Notes: generated by a model from the letters alone, not told the origin. DNA of 64,000 nt from Lingula anatina (GCA_051362555.1 CM120640.1:5270001-5334000), one strand, 5' to 3'; shown: positions 40,901 through 54,200, counted from the stretch's first letter. Program-made: numbers and translations.

Positions 40901-42406
40901 GTATAAAAAGTTCTCCTTCTTTTTATTTAAATTCTCATATTTGTTATTACTACCGTAATTTCTTCCTTACATCAATATCACACTGGTATATGACAGCAAT
41001 GTTAATTTATCATATTCCAGCACTAATTTTTTTAACTGTAAATAACATAGGTGATGCTAGAGTCATTAAAGAAAACATCATACAAAATTTCAGGTTATAT
41101 TTTGGCAAATAAACAACATTTCAACAAGATCATCAGTCCAAAAGATTTCACTTTCTATAGTGAGTAGATAGCATACAACGTATTTGATTGACAGGCAGTA
41201 TGTTGCCTTGACAACGAACTAGATATAGCCAGTTCATCCAGTTCAATCTGGCTTTGTACCCAGTACAGTACCTGTGTAGTCCCTGTTTTTGGAACAGTCT
41301 TAATAACCAAAGCACGTAGATTTTGAACTAAATAATATTTAGTAAAGAACCTGATATGTGAATAAAGTTCGTCTGATGAAGTTCTGGAGGGTGTTCACTT
41401 TCATAATTTGGCGGTAAGTTTACTCAGACTTCGTTTTGCGACTGCATGTGTTTTGTGCCAAAAGTAGGTCACTCTTTTCAATGCCGTCTAGGAAGAGAAT
41501 AAAAGACGTTAGGATGCAACAAAAAAAGATTTTTTAAAGACTTTTGCTCCAAATTTCTCACAAAACATGACCTGTCCGTCGGACAGCCAACCTTGCAACT
41601 TCACCTGTCCGAACTGAATTTTTACCTGTCCCGGACAGGCGGACAGGCGCTAATGTCGAGCCCTGCACAGATAAGCTGAAAAAATTACTAGTAATGTCCA
41701 TTTTTCAAGAAATAAATAGTATTACTTGCCAAGTAGATTCTTCCTCGACACACTCCTACCAGCATATCTTACATCTGTATCTGACAGTAATGGGGTCACC
41801 TTCTTCCTAAGAAGACTGGTCTCATTTGTTTCACATAAATCTGATGGTACATATGAATTTACCACCTTTGCAGACGTCTCTGAAGAAAATAAAAATACAA
41901 TATGTAACAACTACAAATCCATAAACCCTGAATAAGAGAGTAACAAGTGTGAAGCCACTGATTACAACTTATAAAGGCAGTTTATTTATTTTTTAATAGA
42001 AAAATTCCATTATAAAAACAAAAAGAATCTGTATAAACGCCCAAGACCATCCGAAGTAACAGAAAACTACATATATTTCAAAATTTTACCCGTAAAAGAT
42101 ACGGGGCTGATCGAGCGTGTTCCATTGCGTGTACCCAAATCATAAAAACGATTCTAGAGTGGGGTGATTAGGATTGGGATTTATCCATTCACATATCAGT
42201 CCACGTGTTTAACAATTCTGTAGATCCTGTTTGCCTGGTTGTGATACCGGTTAGACATCAATTCATAATATCACGTATTTTTTTAATTATATCATTCCTT
42301 GTGTATTTGTTGAATTGGACTTACCGTCATCTATGTCATCTTCGGGATCTTTGAAACTAGGAGCAGGGTTTGCAAGCTGAGCAATTTGTTCTGCGAGGCT
42401 TGCCAT
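34927..42406 (-). CDS. AATF: Apoptosis-antagonizing transcription factor / BFR2 (ribosome biogenesis), ~14 coding exons
   Basis: Starts [24 protein letters not shown] (42406-42325), followed by [18 protein letters not shown], acidic exons, [47 protein letters not shown] and KLVNFMAP. The last exon DDLYSSLFG ends at the stop at 34927. Confidence 0.93.
37990..38250. repeat. Degenerate pentanucleotide (TGGTA/TGATA-type) simple repeat in an AATF intron
   Basis: Visible 5-nt periodicity, which also explains the spurious His/Thr/Tyr-rich ORF 37980-38267. Confidence 0.8.
40274..41665. mobile_element. Non-autonomous DNA transposon (hAT-like termini), 1.39 kb, with 5-bp TSD CACAG
   Basis: The left TIR is CAGGGCTAGACACTAAC and the reverse complement of the right end is CAGGGCTCGACATTAGC. 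Subterminal CCTGTCC/GGACAGG repeats occur at both ends. CACAG lies at 40269-40273 and 41666-41670. There is no transposase ORF. Confidence 0.85.
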
Positions 42407-42511
42407 TTTATTTCGTTCTCTCAACAGAAGCAAGTAAACAACTTGTCACCGTGTAACAACGTTACCTTTTTTCAAGATGGGACCAAATCGGAGCTGATTC
42501 AATGGTAGCTC

Positions 42512-42514
<3 letters not shown>

Positions 42515-42562
<48 letters not shown>
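42515..42562. repeat. (AAT)n microsatellite just upstream of AATF
   Basis: Directly visible. Confidence 0.95.
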
Positions 42563-43151
42563 TTATTGTCATATTTATACAAATATAAAATGAAAATTGG
42601 TATGATCTGTCGATAAAATGTGATACAGTGGAATTATTAAAATACATTTTGTTCATTAAAAATACGTACTGCTGATGGATAAAAACTATTCAATACCATA
42701 TAAGAAATAAGAGATTATTTTGTATCGGTTGAATTAGGCCTATCTTTATTTCCAATGGTGCAGGTTTCGTTTTCAACTGTTCAACTCTTGTACATTCTAC
42801 TATTAATTCTAAAGATGCAATAAATAAGGTATTTCCTATGTGTATCTGTTAACACCTTCAAACGTTCAGCAAAGTGCGCGCAGTGACACACTGTTCAATA
42901 TTGCATGCTAGCATATCATCACTTTATGAGTAGTAATGCAGCATTAGGCCTTAAGTAAAATAAGGGCTAAAATCCTGTCACATCTTCCCATATCAAAGTA
43001 ATGTGTTTATTAAAACGTGTGCCACTGTATCTTTCTCAATAGACACGTGTAGGCCTAAATCATTTACCGTTAGGCCAAACAAAACTGGTAAGATGGTTAA
43101 CCAGCTCAACAGAACTGACCCTAATTTTGAAGAAATCAGATTTCTTTTCTC

Positions 43152-43152
<1 letters not shown>

Positions 43153-43220
<68 letters not shown>
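43153..43220. repeat. Compound (CTT)n(ATT)n microsatellite
   Basis: Directly visible; it explains the poly-Leu/poly-Ile ORF 43003-43254. Confidence 0.95.
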
Positions 43221-44729
43221 CGGATGGAAAATGCATTGGGCATTGATTTGGTAAGTGGCAAGTTTTACAATTGAATTGTGTAGAATTCGTTATTTTAGTG
43301 TAGAAAATTTACTTCCTTGTGCCTGCAAATGCCATCATTAAATGCAGACCAGAGAGTTCATTTCAGGGGAGGAGACTTGTTTCCCAGCACATTGTAATGG
43401 ATTATCCAGGTTAGCTGATTTTAAACCATAATCTCATTACGAACGCCCCTTGTAACACCAAGGGTGCCCACCCAGCCCAACCACACACTACAGACACTAT
43501 AGACACTATAGACTATAATACAATACGATAAGAAACCGTATGTTTGCCTGCTTGTTACTTGTGCGCAGGTTTTCCTGAGAACCAGAACATTTCCTGTCCC
43601 GCCGTGGCCTGCAAGGTGCAAATTTTTTTGCGGATGTGTTGCAAAAGTTCACCATGAAGTACTTTAGGATAGGATTACGGTGATTATCTTATGAGATATT
43701 GAAGTTTGAATTTTTTTACCCTAAATTAGTACGTAGTGGCATTAGTTCATTCTCTTATGACGTTATTTACTTACGACTTTTAAAAAGAGATCGATAAACC
43801 ACATGCGTACTAAAAATAAAAATGCAAAAGAATACAATAATTGTCAATTATATCGTTATATTTTAAGATCACCCGACAAATACCACTTTACAAACTTCGA
43901 TCGCTCAAAACACATCTCTTTGCAAATTCATCTCAGATGCAGGTGTCGCTATAGAAAACTTCTTGTTTTGTGTTTGATGCATCCTGTCTCTTAATTGCAA
44001 GGAAGATCGCACGTCCTTCTTGAACTCTTTAAATCAATCGTTCCTGTTACTGCCATAAATGGACCACTTTAGTCATCCTTAGACTGTCGTTTTACGAGTG
44101 TAATCTCAGAGCACCTGATAATTGAACTCCAGGTGTAAGCAGGAGGTTCGTGACGTCGGATATAATAATTATCGTGATTCTCCTCGACATCACATATATA
44201 TCTCAATATATATACACATTACGACACTGATACTAGGGGAGTCAGACTGAGAGCACGAAGACTGTCTGACGAACGGCTGAGACTGACCACTTCCACTAAC
44301 CATAATCGTAAAAGTAAGTGTAGTTTTACTGAGAAATTAATATTTAGACAAGCAGAATGTTTCCGAAATCAATTTAAATGAAAATGGTCCTATGGCGAGC
44401 GAAATATAGAGACTCAATAATAATTTGACATTAACTGCATTATTATATAATTTACTTTAAAGGACAGGTATATTTTAAATCAGCATTATCGAAATGTCGT
44501 TTCATTTTATTTGATACAAAATCGTTGGAAATAAAATTACATATTTACTAAGAGACATCGACGGCTTATAAATGATACGATGGACCAATCACTTTTTTTC
44601 ATGTAAACGCATAATAAACTTTGAAGGGAATTTTGAAACAAACATCAAATTCACAAAAAAATCATTTCACTCTATAGTACTTCTAACTATTTACATATTC
44701 TTAATATATTCTTATCTTTTTTACTCAGG

Positions 44730-45000
44730 ATGATTAAAACACGACTGTATGCAGTAGCCACGCTGACGGTAACACTTTCTTTGGTAATGGCCGGACAAAT
44801 GGACGGGGAAGCGACCGCCATGTCGTGGGAAGACCCACCATCAGAAAAGATATTCAAACCAGAATCTGTTGTCGAGTATTCGATGTTGACCGATCCCGAC
44901 CTTAGTGAAAGACAGAGATTCGCTACTTTTTGGAACAAACTCAGAGGAACACAATCTGGCTTCAGTGAAGGAAAAGTTCATGGACTGTATAATATGCAAG
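44730..45000 (+). CDS. First coding exon of an unidentified secreted protein (signal peptide plus ~70 aa); downstream exons not identified
   Basis: Acceptor tttttactcag lies just before the ATG. MIKTRLYAVATLTVTLSLVMAG looks like a signal peptide, composition is coding-like, and a phase-1 donor CAAG|gtaaag follows at 45001. An upstream non-coding exon ends at a gtaagt donor at about 44314, with TATA-like and CRE-like (TGACGTC) sites at 44150-44215. Confidence 0.6.
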
Positions 45001-47256
45001 GTAAAGTTTTTTTTTTTGTTTTTTTTTACATTAACACTGACCACTTTTACATATGATCAATATGATTTATGCATTTTGCATATTGATGTATGATATGTAT
45101 TTTTATTTGGAGGTTGGAATCTTAGTAGAAGTTGAAAATTTCCCGATTTCGTATGTGATCAAATTTTAATTTCTATTTCTAGTAAAATTAATAAAATTTG
45201 CTGTATTAGTTTTGAGACTCAATGTTTTATTTGTGCTGAAATGATAATGTAGTTTCCTTCACAATGTAAATTTGATATTCGGTTCCAATTTTCGGAATTT
45301 ATAAAAAATAATAATAATCAATACGAAGAAAACAAGCAGTCTTAAAACGCTTATTATTATTTTTTTTTTCATAGTTCCATTGAGGTACGAAATAATGAAC
45401 ACCATAAAAAGAGCTCGTCCCACCAAGGGACGCCTGTGTCCACGTGGGCGGGCCCTCATTGAGTGTTACGACGCTTCATTTGCCGTGTGGATTCACCAGC
45501 TGATGAAACAAAATGGGAGACGATAACCTACTAAAAACTTACTTCTTTCCTGTTCGCCAACAGAAAGACTATCTTTTAAAAAGCGTAGATCTTTGTTTTT
45601 CTTTTCTTTTTGTCTAAAAACGTTAACTGTTAAGTGAGGACTCATTTTCTATTGATAATAGGTATTTATAATTCGTTATATTTCCTGGGGTATTTCCATT
45701 AATTAAATTAACTGGGCCAATCAGTATAGGTCTGACATTTCATCTGAAGCCTATCGACTTCCAATTGATGGATGGTTTAATAATGCCTTTATCATAAGCC
45801 GGTATTCGAGAGGTTTACTTCCTGTCAGGCACATCGGTGACGTTTTGGATTATAAAATATCAGAGGCCCTAGGTTATTTAAACGGCAGAAATGTAGATAT
45901 TAATAGTTTATTTTTCGATGCCATGTTCATGATGTTTAATCAACTGAACATTATTGATTGGGAATATTTCGATGTTTAAGTTTAATTTTATGTCACTGCA
46001 ATCTTTAAGTATTCTGTAAAGCGTAATGCGTTGAGTTTAATTTTATGTCACTCCAATCTCTAAGTATTCTGTCGAGCGGTCTGTTTGTACTTTATCTTAG
46101 GTGTATTTCACCCTACGTGCACTTTTATTTTATGTATACAGTTTACCTTTCTATATTCCCTAGTATCGATAGAAGCGTGTATACATCCCATTCGCCTGGA
46201 AACTGGACTATTGTTAATTGATTTTTTATTATCATCATCAACAACAACAATCCAGTGTGAATATTTTCACTAAGTATTGTCAATATGGAAATATATATAC
46301 CAAAGTCCAGTGTTCTTATCAATCATTCAGATTTTCCATTTTGATTACCTGGTCAATTATTCAAGGCGGAGTCGCAAAGTCTTATTCACTTTAGGCAAAA
46401 ATAAAAGCGGCAAATATCAATCAACTGAAATTTCGAGTTCTTATTGATGTCTATAATGGACCTCTAACTAATTCATATGTTTTGATTGCAGGTAAAAGGT
46501 GCTGCCATCACCGCGTTCTGTTTTTTTTTTTTTTTTTTTTAAACCCCTATTCCACACCGACTACGTATTCTAAGAACTGCCAGATATTTAAAGAATTAAG
46601 AAATGTGAGTAATAGTGGAATATATGGAGATATTGATTTTTCTAATGAAGGCAATATTATTAAAATTGCTGACATGATGAAAAAATTGTAAGAAAAACGG
46701 GCAAAAAGTATCATTTTAATTGCAACTTTCTTCTTTCTAATTAAAGACACTCAAAATTCTATGTGAATTTTTACATCAAAAATCCATCCTTGTGCCATCT
46801 TTTTCAACCACTGTTGTTTCAAACATTCAGTCTTTGGTTTGTTGAATTACTATGAAAAGGGAGAAAGTTTTAAAAAGATTTCATACAATGTTTTATCTTA
46901 GCTACATCTCTAAATGCCTAAATATCATTTTCCTAGATCTACATAAATATTGGCCAAGATTCACATTGATCAGCATTTCTTGTGGGGTGAATCATGACCA
47001 TACAAGTTTTGGTGTATAAGAATGAAATCTTATGTCTTATGTTAGATGTACAGGCCAATCCACTTTTCTTTAATTATTATCGTTATAACCTTTTTGGTTA
47101 GCAGCTATTGAAGCAATAGTGAATACGAACAGTCTAAAATGCAGGGTTGTGTTTAGCTAAATAGGCCGTGCCAATTAAGTGACTGTTATGTCTTCACACG
47201 ATCTGTTACCATGTGATTTTACAGCCCCCAAAAATGAATTATGCAAGCAAGGTAGG

Positions 47257-47263
47257 TATAAAA
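47257..47263 (+). promoter_or_regulatory. TATA box of M13 variable first exon A
   Basis: GGTATAAAA lies 85 nt upstream of the ATG and is conserved in the paralogous copy, while surrounding bases have diverged. An Inr-like TCATT follows about 30 nt downstream. Confidence 0.6.
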
Positions 47264-47341
47264 CACCATCTAGAAACTCTGAGCTTCATTTTAAATGATT
47301 TTACTCTTCGAACAGTGCCATCATTCAAGGTGGTAGAAAAC

Positions 47342-48079
47342 ATGGGAGGAGTTGGGGAACCGTTTAAAAACGACGATGAACCACCAGGAAATCCAATTAA
47401 GTTTATTTATTATTCAATGAAAAGGAGAGAAATAATTTTAATCGGTGTTTTGGCGAGTGTACTCGTGGTCAGCATTGCTTTGGCTGCATTGGTTGGGGTT
47501 TACGCCCACCAAGGGGGAGGAAATGGTAACAGCCCTGGTACGGCCGCCCAGACATCCCCGGGGGTTAACATCCCAAGTCATCCAGATATTTGCTTGGAGC
47601 AAGGATGTCTTGATACGGCTGCCTATATGCTGTCCAACATGAACTTGTCCGTGAAACCGTGTGACGATTTCTATTCTTACGCCTGCAGCCGGTGGCCTCT
47701 CTGGCATCCGCTTCATTCCGACTCCCAGAGAACCATATTCTGGAAAATTTATGACGAGAATCAGAAAAAACTGCAAGACATATTAGAACAACCAATAAAG
47801 AGAAATGTAGATTGGGCGTCAGAAAAGAAAGCAAAAAACTTGTTCAGCTCCTGCATTAACACCTACATTAAGGAACGAAACTACGCAAAACCATTCATCC
47901 AAAATGTTGTTATGAGCTCGGACGGTATTGGTGGTTGGTACGTTTTCAACACTAATATTCAAAATACGTGGAACTTCCAAAACGCATTGGAAAAAACGCA
48001 TGTAGATTTTTGGACAGATGCTTTATTTACGTATTACATAGGTTCGGATTGGTATGATTCAAGCAAGAATGTACTCCAG
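47342..48079 (+). CDS. M13 peptidase (neprilysin/ECE-like) first exon A: cytoplasmic tail, type II TM anchor and N-terminal ectodomain
   Basis: 246 codons containing TM IILIGVLASVLVVSIALAALVGVY, ICLEQGC, MNLSVKPCDDFYSYAC and KAKNLFSSC. Ends VLQ|gtgaga (phase 0). Confidence 0.88.
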
Positions 48080-49773
48080 GTGAGACACAATAGATGTAAT
48101 ATTTAAGAACATTTTCAGGAGTATAGGGAGTGGAGAAATGAGTAAGTTAGAAAATGCATACGCATTTCGTTTTATTTTATCTTTGGGTTCAGGTGTTGCA
48201 TTCTAATCCGTGTTTATCGAAAATCAAGTTAATATAGGTGGAAATCCTGTTAGAAGTGCCCATCGATCAATTATCTCAACATATTTATTTATTGTTTGCC
48301 TCTTTATTAATTTATTTTATCACTTCTTTTGGCATCACAAGTTACTGTTTGTCGGAACTAGATATGAATACTTTCTCTGTCATTATATTCTGTACAGTAG
48401 GCATAGTAAACAAAATTGCCGTTTGTTACTTGTGATTGCGATAGCCTAATAGTGCTTGTGGATAAGTGATTCCGATTGCCGAATTTATGACTCAAACTGT
48501 GAATTCATGTTTTGACTGTAAAAATCCTGAACGCGAGCATCTTGTTATTAACTGCGAACCACAAGTCTCCTCACCTGCCTATTTGGCACGTTCCGTATGT
48601 GCTGGAAATTATCGAGAGCGCATTGCTCTGGTATTTATAGGAATAGGAGATTAAAGAAATAAGTTTAATTCATTTTGGTGCTTTGATTTTTTAATAATAG
48701 CGTTAATTCAGAATATATATTTGTAAGTTGGTGAAAGCATTCAACATGGAACAAATATTTGCAAGTTGGTGGAAACACTCGTTGAAAGGATTTTTTTACT
48801 TATGTCTTACCAGTATTTACCACTTGTAGTCCAGGCCTGAGTGAGCACAGCAAGCAATATCTCTTTCGCTTCCAAACACTTTTCAGTAACGCACCAATCA
48901 CTTTACTGCGCCTTGTTATAGACGTCAAGAATTTCATCGTTTTCGTTACTGAAATGAATACCTGTGCATCTCCGGATACACTCGCGTGCAGTTCTTCTTA
49001 TCTGCTGCCAAACTGAAATAGTTTGCGTCGAGAACAAAAAATGTACGTAAACAGCGAGAGACCCAGATGAAAGCTGTGTAAAACCTCACAATTTGTTTGC
49101 AGTTAGTAATGCGATGCTTGCTCTTGTATATTTGCAGTTGGACCATAAAATCGCGGTGTAAGTCACGAATTCGGAAAATATAAACACTAATCCGCGGCTG
49201 CAATTCAAAAACGGCAATTGTTGGTTACAAGGCTTGAATAAAGACACACCAAATTTTAATTTCCAAGAACTATCCACTTATGTTCAGTGAAGCATCAATC
49301 AATGCATTCAAAATGATATTACCACTAGTACATTAAAGTTTCGACTCATTTTGGGGTCGGTCGGCCAATGTCCTAGATAAAATCCTCTTTATCAAATTAA
49401 CACGATTCAGGGACATAGCTATTCATTTCATATAATTTTGATTCATATAAATTAATATATAAATTTGTTCAATTATTTTTTCAGCAAGGACGCTGACAAA
49501 ACTCCTTTCATCCGGGGCTCAAACACACACAGTAGAAACGGCTTTCTAACAAAAGACAAATTTTGATAAGCTTTTGCCCAGATTTTATCTCAAAATCCAT
49601 TGAAAACTAATAAAGTAGACATTGAAGCAAATAGGGAATATGAACAGTCTTAAATGCAGAATTATGTTGTAGCTGTATAGGTCGTGTCAATTAAGTGGCT
49701 GTTATGTCCTCACACGATCTGATATCATGTGATTTTAGAGCCCCCAATAAATGAATTATGCAGGCAAGGTAGG

Positions 49774-49780
49774 TATAAAA
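49774..49780 (+). promoter_or_regulatory. TATA box of M13 variable first exon B
   Basis: GGTATAAAA lies 86 nt upstream of ATG 49860 and is paralogous to 47257. Confidence 0.6.
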
Positions 49781-49859
49781 CACCATCTAGAATATGCAAA
49801 CTTCATTGTACATGATTTTACTCTTCAAGCAGTCACATCAGTCACGGACGTAGAAAAAA

Positions 49860-50597
49860 ATGGGAGGGGTTGGTGAACCGTTTAAAAACGACGATGAACC
49901 ATCAGGAAATCCAATTAAGTTTATTTATTATTCAATGAAAAGGAGAGAAATAATTTTAATCGGTGTTTTGGCGAGTGTACTCGTGGTCAGCATTGCTTTG
50001 GCTGCATTGGTTGGGGTTTACGCCCACCAAGGGGGAGGAAATGGTAACAGCCCTGGTACGGCCGCCCAGACATCCCCGGGGGTTAACATCCCAAGTCATC
50101 CAGATATTTGCTTGGAGCAAGGATGTCTTGATACGGCTGCCTATATGCTGTCCAACATGAACTTGTCCGTGAAACCGTGTGACGATTTCTTTTCTTACGC
50201 CTGCAGCCGGTGGCCTCTCTGGCATCCGCTTCATTCCTACTCCCAGAGAACCATATTGTGGAACATATATGACCAGAACCAGAAAAAACTGCAAGACATA
50301 TTAGAACAACCAATAAAGAGGACTGTAGATTGGGCGTCGGAAAAGAAAGCTAAAAACTTGTTCAGTTCCTGCATTGACACGTATGTTAGAGAACGAAACT
50401 ACGCACAACCGTTCATCCAAAATGTTGTTATGAGCTCGAACGGTCTCGGCGGTTGGTACGTTTTCGATACTAATATCCAAAATACGTGGAACTTTCAAAA
50501 CGCATTGGAAAAAACACATGTGGATTTTTGGACAAACGCTTTATTTACATATTACATAGGTTCGGATTGGTATGATTCAAGCAAGAATGTACTCCAG
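49860..50597 (+). CDS. M13 peptidase first exon B (recent paralog of exon A)
   Basis: 246 codons with 15 amino-acid differences from A by manual count. The ORF is intact and has the same VLQ|gtgaga donor. The duplicated unit spans roughly 47105-48210 versus 49620-50720. Confidence 0.88.
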
Positions 50598-52881
50598 GTG
50601 AGACACAATAGATGTAATATTTAAGAATATTTTCATGAATATAGAGAGTTGAGAAATGAAAAAGTTACAAATTGCATGCGTATTTCGATCTATTTTACGG
50701 GTGTGGCATTCTAATCCGTGATTATCTTACACCCTTCCGGTAGGAAAGGGTGGACATTTCGTGAGAAGTGTCCGTCAGTTAGTTGTTTAAAAAATTTATC
50801 TGTATTGGTGGCCTCTATTTTGCGACAAACGTCACAGTATCATCGAGATGTTGAGTTAGATCTATAGCTATTTATACTTGGTAGATAAAACGCTCCAAAC
50901 TTAAGATGCAACTTCCAAAACACTACTTACTGATACTCAGCGAAGCCTTTTTCTATGGGACCATTCAGAATGAGAAGAGCCGAGTGCTAGCTGGTCCACG
51001 GCCTAAATATGGCGGACCTACATGATAGGAAGACCGCTTAATCCTGTAATGGTCTCTCCGCCTCTTTCACGCCTCCCCACGCGTCGTCCCTGCAGGGGCA
51101 CAGTAATTAAATCTCGTCTCAATTCGACCGGTCTAGAGACGATAGATACCTACCCTCTGTAATAATCTCTTAAGATATTATTACAAAAAAAGACTTTTAG
51201 GAAAAAAAGGGGGGGTACTAACTATGAATGTCGGAACGGATTCATTAACAATTTGTTAATATGGGGAAAGTGTCGTTTACCTCAGGAAATATACTTTTTG
51301 GAGAAGATGAACGGCTGTAATCACTTAAACATGTGCCAAATTATTGTTTTAATGAATTTACAAAACTGTACCACTTGAGTAAAGCACTGCTGCTTTATCA
51401 ACGTTCTTTTCTCTCTTTTTTATAAGTTAAATCAAATTCAGAAACTTTCCCAAGGTTGGTACTGCCATCCTCTAGACCCTGTTCTACAGTGCACATGCAT
51501 ATACATGGATAGTACAACCGAAAGAATGTATCCCTGCATAGAACCTGCCGCATAAAGACAATAGTGATTATGGTAATTATGTTCATTAGTGTTGACCTCC
51601 TGATCAGTGATTAGTTTCAACCCTCGATGCAATAAGCTGTACTGCACATACAGAGGTACATATACTTCAATTGCTCGACGTAAATTCCGTATGATACATA
51701 AATTGTAATAATGGTAATTATGGTCATTTGCGTGTTTTGTAAGCTTCAACCCTCGACGGTCTGACTGCAGTTTTGTATAGCATACGAGGCTATTATATAT
51801 GTATCACCTTTAGCCGCATTCTCTGATGAGTGAGGCATTGAAATATTGGGCTGCTAATACTTGTTGTTGGAAGATCCTTCCACAATTAATTTGAGTGCAG
51901 AACACAACAGTTGAAATTCTTTACTTAACCAAACTTCTACTTGTACTTTTTGATTTTAATTCGGTGCTTATTGAAAATCAGTCTGGTATAGTGAGGACCT
52001 GATTAGGAACCCCGGCCATGGATGTGTGACTTAAAGTATCTCTCTTTTCCTAGGCTAACTGGTTTTTCCTACACTTTTGGCGGTTGCTCTTGGAGGTGGA
52101 TTTGTTCATTTGGTATTTTCTTAATGATATCCTTCTGCCCACCAGTGGCAGTTAATGAGAGTGCTATACTATATCTCATGGTATATTAGCCTTGTTGGTA
52201 TTTGCCGCTCGGCGACTTGTTAAGCCCATGCTTTTACCCCCCCCCCCCCTCCACACACACACACACACACACACACAAACGATTTTTGCCTGAAATAACT
52301 GTTAAATCCTTCTACTGAATCTCATAGAAAAAAATTACTGAAATATTTCTCCGTGTTAACTCCCTCATTTTATCACGCAGGTAGTAAAATCAATTCAACA
52401 CAAGGAGATCATATAGATTACGCGAGAAAGACCAGGCTGGTATTATCAATGGTTTATAACCGACAGAAGACACCAAGTTAATTATCAACTAGAAGGCACT
52501 TCTTATTGATCTATTACAATGATTGCAAACATGTTACATTCTATAAATCAATAACTGATAAGCTGTAGCGGGAATAACAGCAAAATTATCACAAGGTCTA
52601 CTACTACCCGGTACATGTGCACAGTATACGCCCCCTTCACGATGACCATCTTTAGTATGCATGGTATGGTTTGCGACGACTACGGGTCGTATCCGCCCCT
52701 TCTGATAAAGGTGCTGAGAACAGCACCTTGAGAAAATCGGTGTATTTATGGTTGAGATGTGCTGGATTAAGTATTTAATTTTTTTGTATATTTCACAAGG
52801 AGAAGGGATAAAAACTGACTTGTATTTGAGGGTTATTTTTTCTTCCCGCCAAAACTGAGAGCACTGAACCCCCTTTTTAGT

Positions 52882-52912
<31 letters not shown>

Positions 52913-54200
52913 GGGGAGGGGTGTTTCTTTTGGTCGCACGAATCATTATTAAATTTTTTGCTTGTAGCATTACATTGTCATGCTGAAAAAAAACTACATC
53001 CTCTCTCACACCAGTTTCACAAGTTAAGTGTGCCTGTTAAATAGCTAATGAAATGAAAACTTGTTTTTTTAATACCATATCAGTGTAGAACGCTGCAAGA
53101 GGGCGGGGGTTATTATTAAGTTTTCTTCTTATAGCAATGGACCTATTGCAATTTCTGAACATTTAAGATTTGCCACTGGGATATGTGCATTGAGCAGCAT
53201 CAGTATTTGTTTCACTAAGTTTCCTATTCGAGATGTTAGAAATGTTAATGTGTATATGGTAGATATAAGAGGTGAAGAACGCCCTGGTACGGTATGATAA
53301 GATAAGGCGGAGTACCGTGCCTTATGGTGCCCAGTCCCTGCTGCACTTTTAATATCAGAACATAACTTTAACTGATGATATTCTTACTTTAATGTTGCGT
53401 CTCCTTTAAATAGTACTATTTAACTGTCTGTAATGCGTTCGGTCGCACTCAAAACGCAGTGCACCTGAAAGTTGATCACCCCCTAGCTGCTCGAGGAGGC
53501 GTGACATCAATTAATCTGAGTGGAGTTGGATCGATCTACATGTAAAACGATAGTTTCATGGGGAACGCGCCCTTAGACGCGATGGAATTTTACTTGGTTT
53601 TCGTCATATTTCTAATAGGGCGTTTTTCCTTAGTGAAGTATGTTCAATAAAAATGATACTTGCATTTAAAAACTTAAGATTTCTTTGTCATGTCTATGGG
53701 CTAAATGTATTGGACAAATCTATCAGTATCAGATATGAGTGCACAAACTGTTTGAAAGACAAGGTCGCAGTTGGGGTTAGAGGGTGTTGGGGGGGGGGGG
53801 GATGGACGATTATCAGTCATGCCTCCGCTTAAAATATTATGATTTACGAAAGCGTTTATTGAAAACAAAATAAAACATTACAGCATTTATATAAATAAAA
53901 TAAAAATTTGACATATAAATAAAGATAAGTTACTATCTGTGTCTCAGTGGTAAATAATTTTGAGGACAAAATATAGATAGTCCAGGCGCAAGTAGATTTA
54001 ATGAGTTTACAAAAGAGATAAGAGTCACCCTTGTCCTACGCTTTGTTCGTCCAACCTTTGCTCTAATCAAAGGTGGAAAAACGCCCCCAATATACTTGAA
54101 CAACCATCATCATCAGCAGGAGGACGCTTCATCGTGGTGGAGTGCGGGTGTTAATGCTTTTCCATAATTTCGTTTTGGGAAAAAAATTCTCAAAGCGAAG

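Noticed and set aside
44877-44950. MLTDPDLSERQRF resembles Aplysia egg-laying hormone (MLLTEQIRERQRY)
   Set aside because: The match is short, lacks the N-terminal SIN-type motif, and has no flanking dibasic or GKR sites in the right places. It is not enough to call ELH/CRH.
47213-47341. N-terminal extension of the 297-aa ORF
   Set aside because: It begins at GTG, covers the TATA box, and the frame is not kept in paralog B. The real start is ATG 47342.
51159-51186. Hairpin TGTAATAATCTCTTAAGATATTATTACA followed by an A-run
   Set aside because: An AT-rich palindrome, probably a transposon remnant. Bacterial terminators are irrelevant here and no element boundaries could be defined.
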